From an uncultured Fibrobacterota bacterium (lineage in GTDB: Bacteria; Fibrobacterota; Chitinivibrionia; Chitinivibrionales; FEN-1185): DNA of 64,000 nucleotides. This document shows, one piece after another, positions 49,655 to 60,210 of this stretch. The stretch spans positions 288,001 through 352,000 of the forward strand of contig CAVSQB010000005.1 in NCBI GenBank assembly GCA_963729895.1, written 5' to 3'. Position 1 is the stretch's first letter. Every line of letters begins with the position of its first letter. Under the pieces are notes generated by a model, which made no database searches, was not told where the DNA came from, and saw only the letters and a program-made list of their open reading frames with translations. A program made the translations under genes and the position numbers.

Positions 49655-51420
49655 GAGGCTGTAGGAAAACCCCATCTTTTCTAAGCGGACCGGCATCTTT
49701 TTCCTTATATTACCATATGTAAATATAAGCGAAAGGAGCCTGATGCCTCGTTTCAAGCCGTACTCCTACGAACAGACCAAGATGATCCCCCTCTCCTTTG
49801 ATCGCCAGATTCTTCCCGGAACGTTTGAGTATACCATCAGCAAGACCGTAAATACCCTTGATCTTACTTTGTTTCATCGCCGTTTTAAGAACGACGACAA
49901 CGGCGCACCGGCATTCGACCCCGCCATTCTCCTTAAAATTGTTCTGTATGCCTATTCCAAAGGGGTCGTATCCTCCCGGAAAATTGCACAGCTTTGTGAC
50001 GAGAACGTGGTGTTCATGGCGCTTTCGGCGGATAGTCACCCCCATTTTACCACGATAGCGGATTTCGTATCGAGCATGCAGGAGGAAATCCTGCCATTGT
50101 TCCGTCAGGTCGTGCTTGTCTGTTTGGAATTGGATCTAATCGAGGGCAGCATGTTTGCCATAGACGGGTGCAAGATTTCGTCGAACGCATCCAAGGAGTG
50201 GAGCGGGACTAAGGAGGATTTAGGAAAAAAGCGGGAGAAACTGATAAAAGCGCTCGATTACATGGTAAAGCGTCACATAGAGAAGGACAAGCGTGGTGAG
50301 ATAAGCGAAGACGAGGACAGAAACTTTGACGACCGTCTCAAAGCGGCGCAGGCGAAGATTGACAAGCTTGAAAAGTGGCTCTCGGAGAACGAGGACAAGC
50401 CGGGCAAACGCCGCAGGGTGCGGCAGAGCAATATTACGGACAATGAAAGCGCGAAGATGAAGACGTCGCATGGTGTTATCCAAGGGTATACTGGTGTGGC
50501 CGCGGTTGACGCGAAGCATCAGATTGTCGTTCACACGGAAGCGTTCGGTGAAGGTCAGGAAGGAGACACGCTTGCGCCTGTCATGCAAGGTTTAAAGACG
50601 AACTTGAAAGAAGCGGGGTTAGGTCCAGACGTGCTTGAGGGTGCTGTCATCACCGCCGATTCCAATTTTCATAGCATCGAAAACCTGAAGGTGCTCCATA
50701 ATGAACGGGCGGATGGATATATCCCGGACAACAATTTTAGAAAACGAGACCCGCGGTTTTCGACGGCGTTTCGACACAAGGGGAATGACATACCGCGAGA
50801 GAAGTTTTTTGAGACTTCCGACTTCCATTATGACAAGAGAAGCGGATGCTACATTTGTCCAGCGGGGAAAAAGCTGCATACCAACAAAAATCTTATGCAG
50901 ATTCTGGGATTGAACTATTATGCGTACAAGGCTTCACGCCGTGACTGCGGCGTGTGTGGCCTGAAAGCCAGGTGCATGAGAAACGAGCGTTCGAAGAGCA
51001 AGTCAATCAATATAAATAAAGACCCGTACCAGTACCTGGTCAAGGAAATGGCGTCCAAGATCGATACGCCGGATGGAAGGGAGATTTACAGCAAGCGGAT
51101 GGCAATCATTGAGCCGGTATTTGGAAACATCCGTGGGGCGAAACGAATGGACCGATTTACTCTCAGGACAAAGCGCAAAGTGAATATACAGTGGCTGTTA
51201 TATTGTCTTGTGCATAATATCGAGAAGATATGCAATTACGCCCCTCAGTGGGCGGTTTAACCTGGGAGAATAGTCCGTGTGGATGAAAAAAGCTGATTCG
51301 ACTTCATTTTCAACCTGTTTCATTGTTTCGTTTTAAATCATCTTGATTTTGCGGACTGGTACAACCTAGTTTTTCAACAAACCAAGAGACGGCGGCAAAT
51401 CCAGGTTTTTCTACAGGCTC
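49655..51420 (+). mobile_element. IS1182-family insertion sequence
   Basis: TIRs GAGGCTGTAGGAAAACC and GGTTTTTCTACAGGCTC (15/17); AAC repeated on both flanks. Confidence 0.9.
49743..51260 (+). CDS. IS1182-family transposase
   Basis: GAPAFDP, SSRKIA, PHFTTI, AIDGCK, ICPAG, C..C.L...C, IEPVFGNI. Confidence 0.93.
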   Translation: MPRFKPYSYEQTKMIPLSFDRQILPGTFEYTISKTVNTLDLTLFHRRFKNDDNGAPAFDPAILLKIVLYAYSKGVVSSRKIAQLCDENVVFMALSADSHPHFTTIADFVSSMQEEILPLFRQVVLVCLELDLIEGSMFAIDGCKISSNASKEWSGTKEDLGKKREKLIKALDYMVKRHIEKDKRGEISEDEDRNFDDRLKAAQAKIDKLEKWLSENEDKPGKRRRVRQSNITDNESAKMKTSHGVIQGYTGVAAVDAKHQIVVHTEAFGEGQEGDTLAPVMQGLKTNLKEAGLGPDVLEGAVITADSNFHSIENLKVLHNERADGYIPDNNFRKRDPRFSTAFRHKGNDIPREKFFETSDFHYDKRSGCYICPAGKKLHTNKNLMQILGLNYYAYKASRRDCGVCGLKARCMRNERSKSKSININKDPYQYLVKEMASKIDTPDGREIYSKRMAIIEPVFGNIRGAKRMDRFTLRTKRKVNIQWLLYCLVHNIEKICNYAPQWAV

Positions 51421-51706
51421 AACACACGCAGCCTCGCCATGCCCGCTTGACATGACGGTTTCGCCACCCGTCATGTCAGCCAGTCATGTCGAAGACTCCG
51501 TCGTGGCTTCCGTCGGGTGGCGAGATTGTAGGCGGGCACGGCGGGCGGTGCGTGGGACGTTGGCGTTAAGGCGCACGCGCGCCCTGTGTGCCCAAAACCG
51601 ACAACCGTGTGCCACTGCCGTCCCCGGCAGTGCTCTTGACAGTCAGGTGACCATCGTTATTAAAAAGTCGTCGGTGTTTACTGGAGATAGGTAGTTGAAG
51701 ATTTCA

Positions 51707-51939
51707 TAACCGGGTGTTTCTGGTGTGCGCGCAACAATATGCAAATGCAATTCAAGTGTTAGTGGATGGCTGAGCCGGGTGACCCCAAAGAGGGAGTTGG
51801 GGCGAGAAATCCAATCTTGCGTTGTGGGGCGCCCACAAGGTACAGTTGAGGATTTGTTATCCGGGTGCCGCTGCGGTGCGCGCAACTGAAGGTACGGGCT
51901 TGCCAAGGGTACATCCACGCCGCACCGGCTCGGCAATCC
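51707..51939 (-). repeat. Modular repeat cluster 12 (half M1, R - M2 - M1, reverse)
   Basis: GGATGGCTGAGCCGGGTGACCCC; CGGTGCG 51874 / CGCACCG 51921; CCGGCTCGGCAATCC. Confidence 0.88.
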
Positions 51940-52007
51940 ATAATATTATCTTGATATTTATCTTAGTATTCGCCGCATGCCCCGCAAACCATGCCACCAT
52001 CCCAAAG

Positions 52008-52036
52008 TTGACACAAAGTCCGCAAGACCGTATACT
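52008..52036 (+). promoter_or_regulatory. sigma70-type promoter
   Basis: TTGACA (52008-52013), 17 bp, TATACT (52031-52036). Confidence 0.7.
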
Positions 52037-52164
52037 CTCAAGTGAGGCGCGGTAAGGGAACGCGACGCCGCTTCCTTAATCTTCAAGGGGCCTCGCCTGC
52101 CTGATCGCCGCATCATACGCCCAAATTGACTTCCGGAGGTTCCCCAAACACGAAAGGACCGATT

Positions 52165-54318
52165 ATGGCTGTTCTACCCGCAATCCCGGCGCGCCGGAAT
52201 ACAACGCGAGTCACGGTTCTTGCCGCGTGCGCACTGATCGCCCTTATTGCCGCACAAGGCGCCGGCGCCCAGCCATGGTCGGGCATTCTGAGCCCCGTGC
52301 GCGCGGTCGACTGGAGCGGCGCGGGAGTGCAGGGCGGCATCGTGGACCGGACCACCGTGTATCAGACGTTGAATCCCGGCGTCACGGCCGACCAGATCAA
52401 CGCCGCGATTACCGCCTGCCCGGAAGGCCAGGTGGTGTTTTTGAGCGCCGGGACATACAATTTGTCAAGCGGCATCGTGCTGAAAAGCAACGTTACGGTG
52501 CGCGGCGCAGGCGCCGACAAGACCTTTCTGGTCTTTTCCGGCGTCAATGCCTGCTTCGGCGGGTACAGCGTAGTATGCTTTACGGTAGAGAACCACGTCT
52601 GGGGCGGCGACCCCGACGCGTTGCCCGGCGGATCGAACGCAGCGGTCTGGACCGAAGGGTTCGCCCGGGGAACCATGCAAATCACCCTCGCCGGCGTCGG
52701 CAGTTCGGGCCTCGCGGTGGGGCAGTACATCATCCTCGATCAGGCAAACCTCAGCGCCGACAACGGCGAATTTTTCGTGTGCGACAACACCAATTATCCC
52801 TGCTCGCTCGAAGGGGGCAACGGCGGCCGGGTGATGAATGGAATTCAACACGGCCAGACGCAAATAGTGAAGATCACCGCAATCAACGGAAGCACCTACA
52901 CCATAACGCCGGGGCTCTATGCTCCCAACTGGAGCGACACCCTCTCTCCGGGTGCGTGGTGGGTGCACATGATCCAGTTTGCCGGGCTCGAAGACGTTTC
53001 CATCGATCACAGCACTGCCGCCGGCGAGATCAACGGGATCAGCATGTACGGCGCAATCAACTGCTGGGTCAGGGGAATCCGCTCATTACGGCCCAACCGC
53101 AATCACGTGCAGTTCTGCCTGTCCGCGCATAACACCGTGGCCGACTGTTATTTCAACGGCACGCAGCATGGCGTCTCGGAGAGCTACGGCGTGGAAACCT
53201 ACCTCGGGTCCGATAATCTTGTCGTCAACAATATCTTTCAGCAGGTCACCGCGCCGCAATTGCTGCAGTTGGGCGTGGGAAACGTGGTCGCGTTCAACTT
53301 TTCCATTAAAGACTCCGAGGTCGCCTCCGCGGATTTTCTGTATGGAAGCGCCACGGACCACAACGAGGGCAACGAGTACGACCTGCTTGAAGGAAACGAC
53401 GGGTCCATGTTCGGCGCCGACCTCTTCCACGGCACCGGCGGCCTGAACACCCTTTTCCGCAACCGCTTTACAGGATGGGAGGCGGGCAAGCTGAACAACC
53501 TGATACCCGTCCGCCTCGACTCCTACAAACGGTATTGCAACGTTGTCGGGAATGTCCTGGGCACGGCCGGCATCACCACAAAGTATCAGACGCCGGCCCC
53601 CTACGGCAGCGGCTCCGTGTATTCCCTGGGCAACGGAAATTCCGAGGGCGCGGTGACAGTTCCCGCCGACCCGATGGTGGCTGCCACCCTCATGCGCTGG
53701 GGCAACTACGATGTTGTCAGCGACTCCGCCCGATGGGAAGCGTCTGAGGTGCCGAGCGGGATCGCCAAGTACGCCAACCCCGTTCCCGCGAACAAGACCC
53801 TTCCGCCCTCGTTTTTCCTGTCTGCAAAGCCTTCCTGGTGGCCGCCCGCCATTGCCTGGCCTCCCATCGGGCCGGACGTTTCCGGCGGTACTCTTGCCGG
53901 CCTGGCGGGTCACGCGCACCAGATCCCCGCGTGCAACTGCTACGCAAACGTCATGAACGGGCCCGCGGACGGCAGCGGCGTGCCGCTGAGCTTCAACGCG
54001 GATTCCTGTTACGGGAGCCTGTCGGCGGTCCTGGTCGCCTTGCGCCCCCGGTACGAGGGCGTAGACTTTTCGATCCGCAGGGCCGCCTCGGGCCGCGAAT
54101 GGATAATCACCGTGCGGAACGCCTCCGCGCCGTTCCCGGTGTGCGTGTACGACCTGCGCGGACGGCTCCAAAGGGCCCTTTCCCCTTTCCGCGAATCGCA
54201 GGGCGGCTTCACCTATGTCTGGGACGGGACCGGCAGCCAGGGGCAAAAGTTGACAAAAGGTGTATACGTGATCCGGGGGAACGCGACGGAAGCCGGGAAA
54301 ATGCTGACCATGTTCTAA
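52165..54318 (+). CDS. Secreted right-handed beta-helix (pectate-lyase-like) protein with FlgD-like C-terminal domain
   Basis: Start MAVLP behind AAAGGA; INAAI..C..GQVV.L.AGTY, VTVRGAG, Asn-ladder repeats; YDLRGRL...YVWDG...GVY. Confidence 0.72.
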   Translation: MAVLPAIPARRNTTRVTVLAACALIALIAAQGAGAQPWSGILSPVRAVDWSGAGVQGGIVDRTTVYQTLNPGVTADQINAAITACPEGQVVFLSAGTYNLSSGIVLKSNVTVRGAGADKTFLVFSGVNACFGGYSVVCFTVENHVWGGDPDALPGGSNAAVWTEGFARGTMQITLAGVGSSGLAVGQYIILDQANLSADNGEFFVCDNTNYPCSLEGGNGGRVMNGIQHGQTQIVKITAINGSTYTITPGLYAPNWSDTLSPGAWWVHMIQFAGLEDVSIDHSTAAGEINGISMYGAINCWVRGIRSLRPNRNHVQFCLSAHNTVADCYFNGTQHGVSESYGVETYLGSDNLVVNNIFQQVTAPQLLQLGVGNVVAFNFSIKDSEVASADFLYGSATDHNEGNEYDLLEGNDGSMFGADLFHGTGGLNTLFRNRFTGWEAGKLNNLIPVRLDSYKRYCNVVGNVLGTAGITTKYQTPAPYGSGSVYSLGNGNSEGAVTVPADPMVAATLMRWGNYDVVSDSARWEASEVPSGIAKYANPVPANKTLPPSFFLSAKPSWWPPAIAWPPIGPDVSGGTLAGLAGHAHQIPACNCYANVMNGPADGSGVPLSFNADSCYGSLSAVLVALRPRYEGVDFSIRRAASGREWIITVRNASAPFPVCVYDLRGRLQRALSPFRESQGGFTYVWDGTGSQGQKLTKGVYVIRGNATEAGKMLTMF

Positions 54319-54325
54319 TGCTTTT

Positions 54326-54445
54326 GGTCGGCTGAGCCGGAAAATATAGATCAAATGATTTTGGATGGCAGTGCCGGGAGAATTTAATACACAGATGCAT
54401 TTGGATGGCTGAGCCGGGTGACCCGCCGCACCGGCTCAGCAAACC
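54326..54445 (-). repeat. Modular repeat cluster 13 (R units plus a coreless R-L fusion)
   Basis: GGATGGCTGAGCCGGGTGACC joined directly to CGCCGCACCGGCTCAGCAAACC (54403-54445). Confidence 0.85.
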
Positions 54446-54487
54446 AATGTTTTATCCCGATTCTAGTGCTATTCCTATAAGTAAACC

Positions 54488-54516
54488 TTGACAAAGCCTC
54501 CTCTTCACCTTATACT
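54488..54516 (+). promoter_or_regulatory. sigma70-type promoter
   Basis: TTGACA (54488-54493), 17 bp, TATACT (54511-54516). Confidence 0.7.
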
Positions 54517-54568
54517 AATACTATAGTACAAGCGGAGAACGAGAACGCATACCTGCGGAGAATCGCCC

Positions 54569-55297
54569 GTGGACAGCGCCGTCCCCTATGCCGTCATACA
54601 GTACCTCGCCGGAAGAATACGCCTTCTCATCGTCGAAGACGACGAAAACCTTCTTTCGACGCTCGCCGGGCTGTTTTCAACGTCCTGCATTGCCGTTGCA
54701 CGGGCTTCGAACATCGGTGAGGCGCGAAGCGCGATTGCGCTGCGTGAAGCGCCGTGGCACTGCTGGATCGTGGACCTGTGCCTGGGCGGGAACAAGAACG
54801 CGGGCATGGCCCTGATCGAAGAGCACAATGACTTTCCGTTCGCCATCGTGTATTCCGGGACCGGTTCGATGGAAAACGCCTCCCTCGCCGTCCGGGAGGG
54901 GGCGGGCGCGGTCATTGATAAAGGATACGGCAGCACGGCCAAACTCATCAGGGAAGTGTGCGAGCTGGCGCCGCTGGCCGTCCTTTGCAACGGGAAGATA
55001 TCCAAGAGTAGAGAAGTGCTGTTCCTGCTCAAGAACCAGATCATCCGGCAACCGAAGGAATGGGCCAAAAGATCCGGCATCTCCGTCCGGCAGGTGGAAA
55101 ACATTTGCTCAATGCACGCCGGAATGCCGCCATCCCTCGCGATCCCTTTTTATTACGGCCTGCGGTACCTGCTCGCGATGGAAATAGGCGGCAAGGAGCC
55201 TGTACTCAGGGAAGAGGACCTGTCATTCCAGAAAGGCTGCCTGGATTTTCTGCGGAAGAACCTTCCTGTGTATCAAGATCTACTTCTTTGGCAATAA
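54569..55297 (+). CDS. Response regulator (receiver + uncharacterised, possibly HTH, C-terminus)
   Basis: LLIVEDD, IVDL, YSG, IDK; WAKRSGISVRQV is HTH-like. Confidence 0.7.
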   Translation: MDSAVPYAVIQYLAGRIRLLIVEDDENLLSTLAGLFSTSCIAVARASNIGEARSAIALREAPWHCWIVDLCLGGNKNAGMALIEEHNDFPFAIVYSGTGSMENASLAVREGAGAVIDKGYGSTAKLIREVCELAPLAVLCNGKISKSREVLFLLKNQIIRQPKEWAKRSGISVRQVENICSMHAGMPPSLAIPFYYGLRYLLAMEIGGKEPVLREEDLSFQKGCLDFLRKNLPVYQDLLLWQ

Positions 55298-55628
55298 TTT
55301 TAAGTTCCTTTTCTTTCCTTACGACTCTATTGTTATTTTGAAGGTGCACCGCTTCACGTTCGCTTCTGCGCCCTTCCTCCCGAAATCACTTGGCCCGACC
55401 CGACCCGGAGCTTCGCCGAGGGGAGGGTAACGCCCGATTATCGTGGATTATGTCACGGTTTCCCCGCCAAAATCACTGCCTATCTGCACCACGAAATTGA
55501 TTTCGTCGTCAAATAATGACAAGTGTGGTACAATCAATCTGTATCACAGAAGCGGCCGGGAATCGCCCGACCGCCCGTCTTGATTTTTGTTTGTAAAATT
55601 GCACCGCCCGCAAGAACAAGGAGCACGC

Positions 55629-56291
55629 ATGGCCTCTTCCGGAATACTCGTCGTCGATGATGATGAAATGGTGCTTGAGATATTGAGCCGCCGGCTTATC
55701 CAACAGGGGTACGACGTGAGCGTGGCCTCCGGCGGCCCGGAAGCGTGGGACATGATCCGGGAAAGAGACTTTGAGGTCCTCATCACCGATCTGAACATGC
55801 CCGCCATGACGGGCCAGGAACTGATAGAGAAGGTAAAGGCCCATTCGCCGTCCACGGTGGTCATCGTTCTCACCGGACAAGGGTCGCTCGATTCGGCCCT
55901 TGAGTCCATCCACGCGGGGTGCGACGAATTCCTGCTCAAGCCCCTCCCGGATATCAAGGAAATCGACCTGGTGGTCAGGCGGTGCCTCGACCGGCACCGC
56001 CTGCTCGTGGATGCCCTCGCCTGCAAGCAGGTCATCACCAAGGCCGCCGAGGGACTCGGCGGGCCGGCGCAAAACTTGCTCAATGCGACCAACGGCCTGG
56101 TGTTGTCCCTCAAGCAAAGAAACACCGACAAGATACTCGCGTGCGCGGAGGCGGTCCAGAACGAGATCGAATATATCGTCTGCGTGGCCGAGGAGCTTGC
56201 CGCAAGCTCCAGGAGGCTGAAGGCCGGGGAAAGCCCCGGCAAGCCGGACGGCATGCAGGGACCTCAACGTACCGGCAAACCGGGGAAATAA
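55629..56291 (+). CDS. Response regulator (receiver + helical tail)
   Basis: ILVVDDD, ITDLNMP, LTG, LLKP; AAGGAG RBS before ATG 55629. Confidence 0.85.
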   Translation: MASSGILVVDDDEMVLEILSRRLIQQGYDVSVASGGPEAWDMIRERDFEVLITDLNMPAMTGQELIEKVKAHSPSTVVIVLTGQGSLDSALESIHAGCDEFLLKPLPDIKEIDLVVRRCLDRHRLLVDALACKQVITKAAEGLGGPAQNLLNATNGLVLSLKQRNTDKILACAEAVQNEIEYIVCVAEELAASSRRLKAGESPGKPDGMQGPQRTGKPGK

Positions 56292-56296
56292 CCGAA

Positions 56297-58645
56297 ATGG
56301 CGATGCCCTCAAAAGAAACTTCCGAAAAGAAATCGGATCGCTCGGTGGATGAGGCCAAGATACGGCGCCTGGCGGCGATAATGCGCGACTCCAACGACGC
56401 GATCACGTTGTCGGACTTGGACGGCCGGATCATCGCCTGGAACCGCGGGGCGGAGCTGATGTACGGCTACACCGAGGAAGAGGCGCTCCGGATGACCATG
56501 TGGCAAATCACGCCCGCTGCCTGCGTCCGGGAGAACAAAGAGTTCATCCGGCGGCTCATGGCGGGCGAAGCGATCGTCTCTTTCGAGACCCAGAGGTCGA
56601 CAAAGGACGGCCGCACCCTTGACATCTGGATGACCGTTACCAAGCTGGTTGACGATGCCGGGAAGCCCATCGGCATCGGCTCCTCCGACCGGGACATCAG
56701 CGGTCGGATACAGGCTGAAAAGGCGTTGCGCGAGGGCGAGGAAAAATACCGGGGCCTGGTGGACAACGCCAACGAGGCCATTCTCGTGGCCCAGGACGGC
56801 CTGCTCAGGTTCGTCAACCGCAAGGCCGGGGAGATTTCGGGCCGCTCCATGGTGGAACTTATGACAAAACCGTTTGCCCACTTCATTCATCCGGAAGACC
56901 GCCAGATGGTGGCGGACAATTATGTGAACCGGATGAAAGGCAAATCCCTGCCACTGCGATACGAGTTCAGGCTGCTGTCCGTTGACGGAAGCGCAAAATG
57001 GGTTGAAATAAGCACGGTGGTAATCGAGTGGGAGCAAAGGCCCGCCACGCTGAATTTTCTCACCGACATCACGGACCGCAAGAACGCGGAAGAAGCGCTG
57101 CGCCAGAGCGAGGAGAAATACCGTACCCTGTTCGACGGCGCCAAGGACGGGATCGCGCTCGCGGATTCGGCGACGGGCGTCATAATCGAGTGCAACCAGG
57201 CGCTGTGCGACATGGTCGAACGGGACAAGCAGGAGCTGCTGGGACAATCGCATTCGGTGCTCCATCCCCCGCAGGAGATCGAAAGCGGCCGATCTTTCTC
57301 CTTTGCAAAGCACAAAGACTCGGACGATCCCGGCCTTGTCACCGAAGACCGGCTCATATCCAAAAGCGGCAAAATCATTCCGGTGGAAATATGCGCGGCC
57401 AGGATCAGGATGAAAGCGCACGACTATCTTATGGGCGTCTTCCGCGACTGCTCGGGCCGTAAACGGCTTGAAGAGGAAAAGGCGCGACTCCAATCCCAGC
57501 TTCTGCAGGCCCAGAAAATGGAAGCGATAGGCGTATTGGCAGGCGGCGTGGCCCACGACTTCAACAATCTCCTTACCGCCATTTCCGGGTACACCACCCT
57601 GGCCATGGGCAAGACGGACGAACTTAATCCCATGTACCGGGACCTGAAACAGGTGGGCGTCGCGGCCGCAAAGGCCGCGGCCATCGTGCGCCAGCTTCTC
57701 CTTTTCGGCAGGAAACAGCACATGGAGCCCGTGCCCATGGACTTCAACGCCACGACCAGCCGCCTCATCAAGATGCTCGACAGACTCATCGGGGAAGACA
57801 TCGCCATCCAGACCTACCTGGAAAAGGACCTCTGGACCATTCTCGGTGACGAGGGAAATATCGAGCAGGTGCTCATGAACCTGTCGGTCAATGCGCGCGA
57901 CGCGATGCCCGATGGCGGAAAATTATTCATCAAGACCGAGAACGTCACCATAGACCGGGAGTATTGCCGCCGTTACAATGCCGGCCGGCCGGGACGCTTT
58001 GTCTGCCTGTCAATAAAAGACACGGGCACGGGCATGGACGAATACACGCAGGAACACATTTTCGAACCGTTCTTCACCACAAAGGACGCGGGCAAGGGAA
58101 CGGGGCTCGGGTTGTCCGTGGTATTCGGCATTGTCCAGCAGCACAACGGCTGGATTACCGTATACTCCGAACACGGACTCGGGGCCACGTTCAAGGTCTA
58201 TTTCCCGTCTTCATCCGCCAGACCCGAAGAACAAAGCCATCAGGAACCCCCCCTTGCCTCCCAGCAGGGAATGGGCGAGCGCATTTTGGTTGTCGAAGAC
58301 AATGCCGAGGTTCGTGAAATTGCAAAGGAAATGCTCACCATAAACGGGTATGCCGTGGTGCCGGTCTCAAGCGCACGCGAGGCGAGGGAACTGTTTGAAA
58401 AGGAAAACGGCGGGTTCGATCTGGTATTCACCGACATGATCCTCACCGATTCCACCGGGGCGCAGCTGGTGGACGGGCTGCTTTCCCGCTGGAAATTCGG
58501 GGTGATCATTGCGAGCGGCTACACCGACGAAAAATCGAACTGGAGCTTGATAAAAGAGAAACGGTACCGGTTCCTCAACAAGCCGTATTCCATGCAGGAG
58601 CTTTTGGCTGCCGTCAAGGACGAGTTGGCGAAAAAGGAGATATGA
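56297..58645 (+). CDS. Cytoplasmic hybrid histidine kinase with three PAS domains
   Basis: Three PAS/PAC units (WNRGAE, IHPED, DIT), GGVAHDFNNLL, NARDAMP, PFFTTK, GTGLGL, receiver; start MAMPSK at 56297. Confidence 0.92.
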   Translation: MAMPSKETSEKKSDRSVDEAKIRRLAAIMRDSNDAITLSDLDGRIIAWNRGAELMYGYTEEEALRMTMWQITPAACVRENKEFIRRLMAGEAIVSFETQRSTKDGRTLDIWMTVTKLVDDAGKPIGIGSSDRDISGRIQAEKALREGEEKYRGLVDNANEAILVAQDGLLRFVNRKAGEISGRSMVELMTKPFAHFIHPEDRQMVADNYVNRMKGKSLPLRYEFRLLSVDGSAKWVEISTVVIEWEQRPATLNFLTDITDRKNAEEALRQSEEKYRTLFDGAKDGIALADSATGVIIECNQALCDMVERDKQELLGQSHSVLHPPQEIESGRSFSFAKHKDSDDPGLVTEDRLISKSGKIIPVEICAARIRMKAHDYLMGVFRDCSGRKRLEEEKARLQSQLLQAQKMEAIGVLAGGVAHDFNNLLTAISGYTTLAMGKTDELNPMYRDLKQVGVAAAKAAAIVRQLLLFGRKQHMEPVPMDFNATTSRLIKMLDRLIGEDIAIQTYLEKDLWTILGDEGNIEQVLMNLSVNARDAMPDGGKLFIKTENVTIDREYCRRYNAGRPGRFVCLSIKDTGTGMDEYTQEHIFEPFFTTKDAGKGTGLGLSVVFGIVQQHNGWITVYSEHGLGATFKVYFPSSSARPEEQSHQEPPLASQQGMGERILVVEDNAEVREIAKEMLTINGYAVVPVSSAREARELFEKENGGFDLVFTDMILTDSTGAQLVDGLLSRWKFGVIIASGYTDEKSNWSLIKEKRYRFLNKPYSMQELLAAVKDELAKKEI

Positions 58646-58695
58646 CGCAGTGCATGAAGAATAAAGATCTTACTCTTTCTAAAAGGTAAAGGATC

Positions 58696-59706
58696 ATGAA
58701 CAAATCAAAAATCCTCATTGCAGACGACGACGAAGCGATCAGAAACCTGGTAAAAGAGTACCTGGAACAAAAGGACTTCAAGGTCATCACCGCGGTCAAT
58801 GGAAAGGAAGCCGTGATCCTTGAAGAACAATTGCGGCCCGACCTGGTGATCCTGGACGTGGAAATGCCGGTCATGAGCGGCCTCGAGGCGTGCAAGGTTA
58901 TACGGGGAAAACGCGCGGGCATCCACTATGTGCCCATACTGTTTTTGAGCGGCATTCTGGTGGAAGGGGCGGTCATCATGGGCCTGCAGATAGGCGCGGA
59001 CGACTACGTCCGCAAACCGTTCGAACCGCTTGAACTCCTGAGCAGGATCAACAACTTCATCAGGATCAAGAAATTCATGGAGCAGGTGGAATCCATCGAG
59101 AACGTGGTCTTCTCCCTTGTGAAATCAATCGAAGCTCGGGATTCCTACACCGCGGGACATTCCAGGCGCGTGGCCGAAATCTCCGCGAACATCGGCAAGG
59201 AACTGGGGCTGTCCGCCGAGGAAGTGGAAATCCTCAACAAGAGCTCGCTGCTGCACGACGTGGGGAAAATCGGCGTGCCCGACCTGATCCTCAATAAACA
59301 GGGCAAACTGCTTCAGGACGAGTTCACGCGGATAAAAGAACATCCGGTGAGCGGGGTGGACATCTGCGGGTGCCTGCGGCTCACCGAACACGCACTCGAC
59401 ATCATCCGCCACCACCACGAAAAGCTTGACGGAAGCGGATATCCCGACGGGTTGAAAGAAGACAAGATCAGCAAGTACGTGAGGATCGTCACCGTGGCCG
59501 ACATATTCGACGCCCTCACCACCGACCGGCCCTACCGCGTGTCGAAAAGCATACCCGAGGCGATTTCCATATTGAAAGAGGAATCGTTCCAGGGTAAACT
59601 GGACATGAACATCGTGAATTGCATGGAACGGATCGCCCGCGGAAAAGCGGCAATGCATTGGGAAAAAGCAGGGGCCCAGACAGGTCTGCCCGCCGTGGGA
59701 TCGTGA
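58696..59706 (+). CDS. REC + HD-GYP cyclic-dinucleotide phosphodiesterase
   Basis: ILIADDD, LDVEMP, GHSRRVA, LHDVGK, HHEKLDGSGYP, ADIFDALT. Confidence 0.93.
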   Translation: MNKSKILIADDDEAIRNLVKEYLEQKDFKVITAVNGKEAVILEEQLRPDLVILDVEMPVMSGLEACKVIRGKRAGIHYVPILFLSGILVEGAVIMGLQIGADDYVRKPFEPLELLSRINNFIRIKKFMEQVESIENVVFSLVKSIEARDSYTAGHSRRVAEISANIGKELGLSAEEVEILNKSSLLHDVGKIGVPDLILNKQGKLLQDEFTRIKEHPVSGVDICGCLRLTEHALDIIRHHHEKLDGSGYPDGLKEDKISKYVRIVTVADIFDALTTDRPYRVSKSIPEAISILKEESFQGKLDMNIVNCMERIARGKAAMHWEKAGAQTGLPAVGS

Positions 59707-59822
59707 GGGGGAAGAGAGTTGAAAGGTTGAAGAGTTGAATAGTCAAAAACAGAACAAGAAAACCTGCGTCACTGCGAGGCGCGAAGCAATCTCCTGTTGA
59801 CAAAAGACCCAGGAAAGTATCT

Positions 59823-60184
59823 GGATGGCTGAGCCGGGTGACCCCAAAGTGGAATTAGCTGCTGGAATCCAATCTTATGCTGTGGGGCACCCTCGAAGTG
59901 CAGTTGTTAAGGCCAAGTGCAAGGACCTTCGTTGGTATGTGGGAAATCATGCGTGGGCGCGAGATTTACGGTTGAGAAGTTGATAACCGGGTGTTTCTAG
60001 TGTGCGCGCAGCAGGGGGTTCGGACTTGCCACGGGTACACCCACGCCGCACACGCTCAGCAAACCATACCTTTATTCAGATATCGCCGCACACGCTCAGC
60101 ATACAAAGATATTATCTTGATATCGTTGCACCGGCTCAGCAATGCACAACATTATTTTGAAATTGGTGCACCCGCTCAGAACCC
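59823..60184 (-). repeat. Modular repeat cluster 14 (R - M2 - M1 - further L units, reverse)
   Basis: M1 at 60000-60053; further GCAC(A/C)(C/G)GCTCAG units near 60090, 60130 and 60170. Confidence 0.9.
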
Positions 60185-60210
60185 ATGTAGTACACATATG
60201 AAAGGAACGT

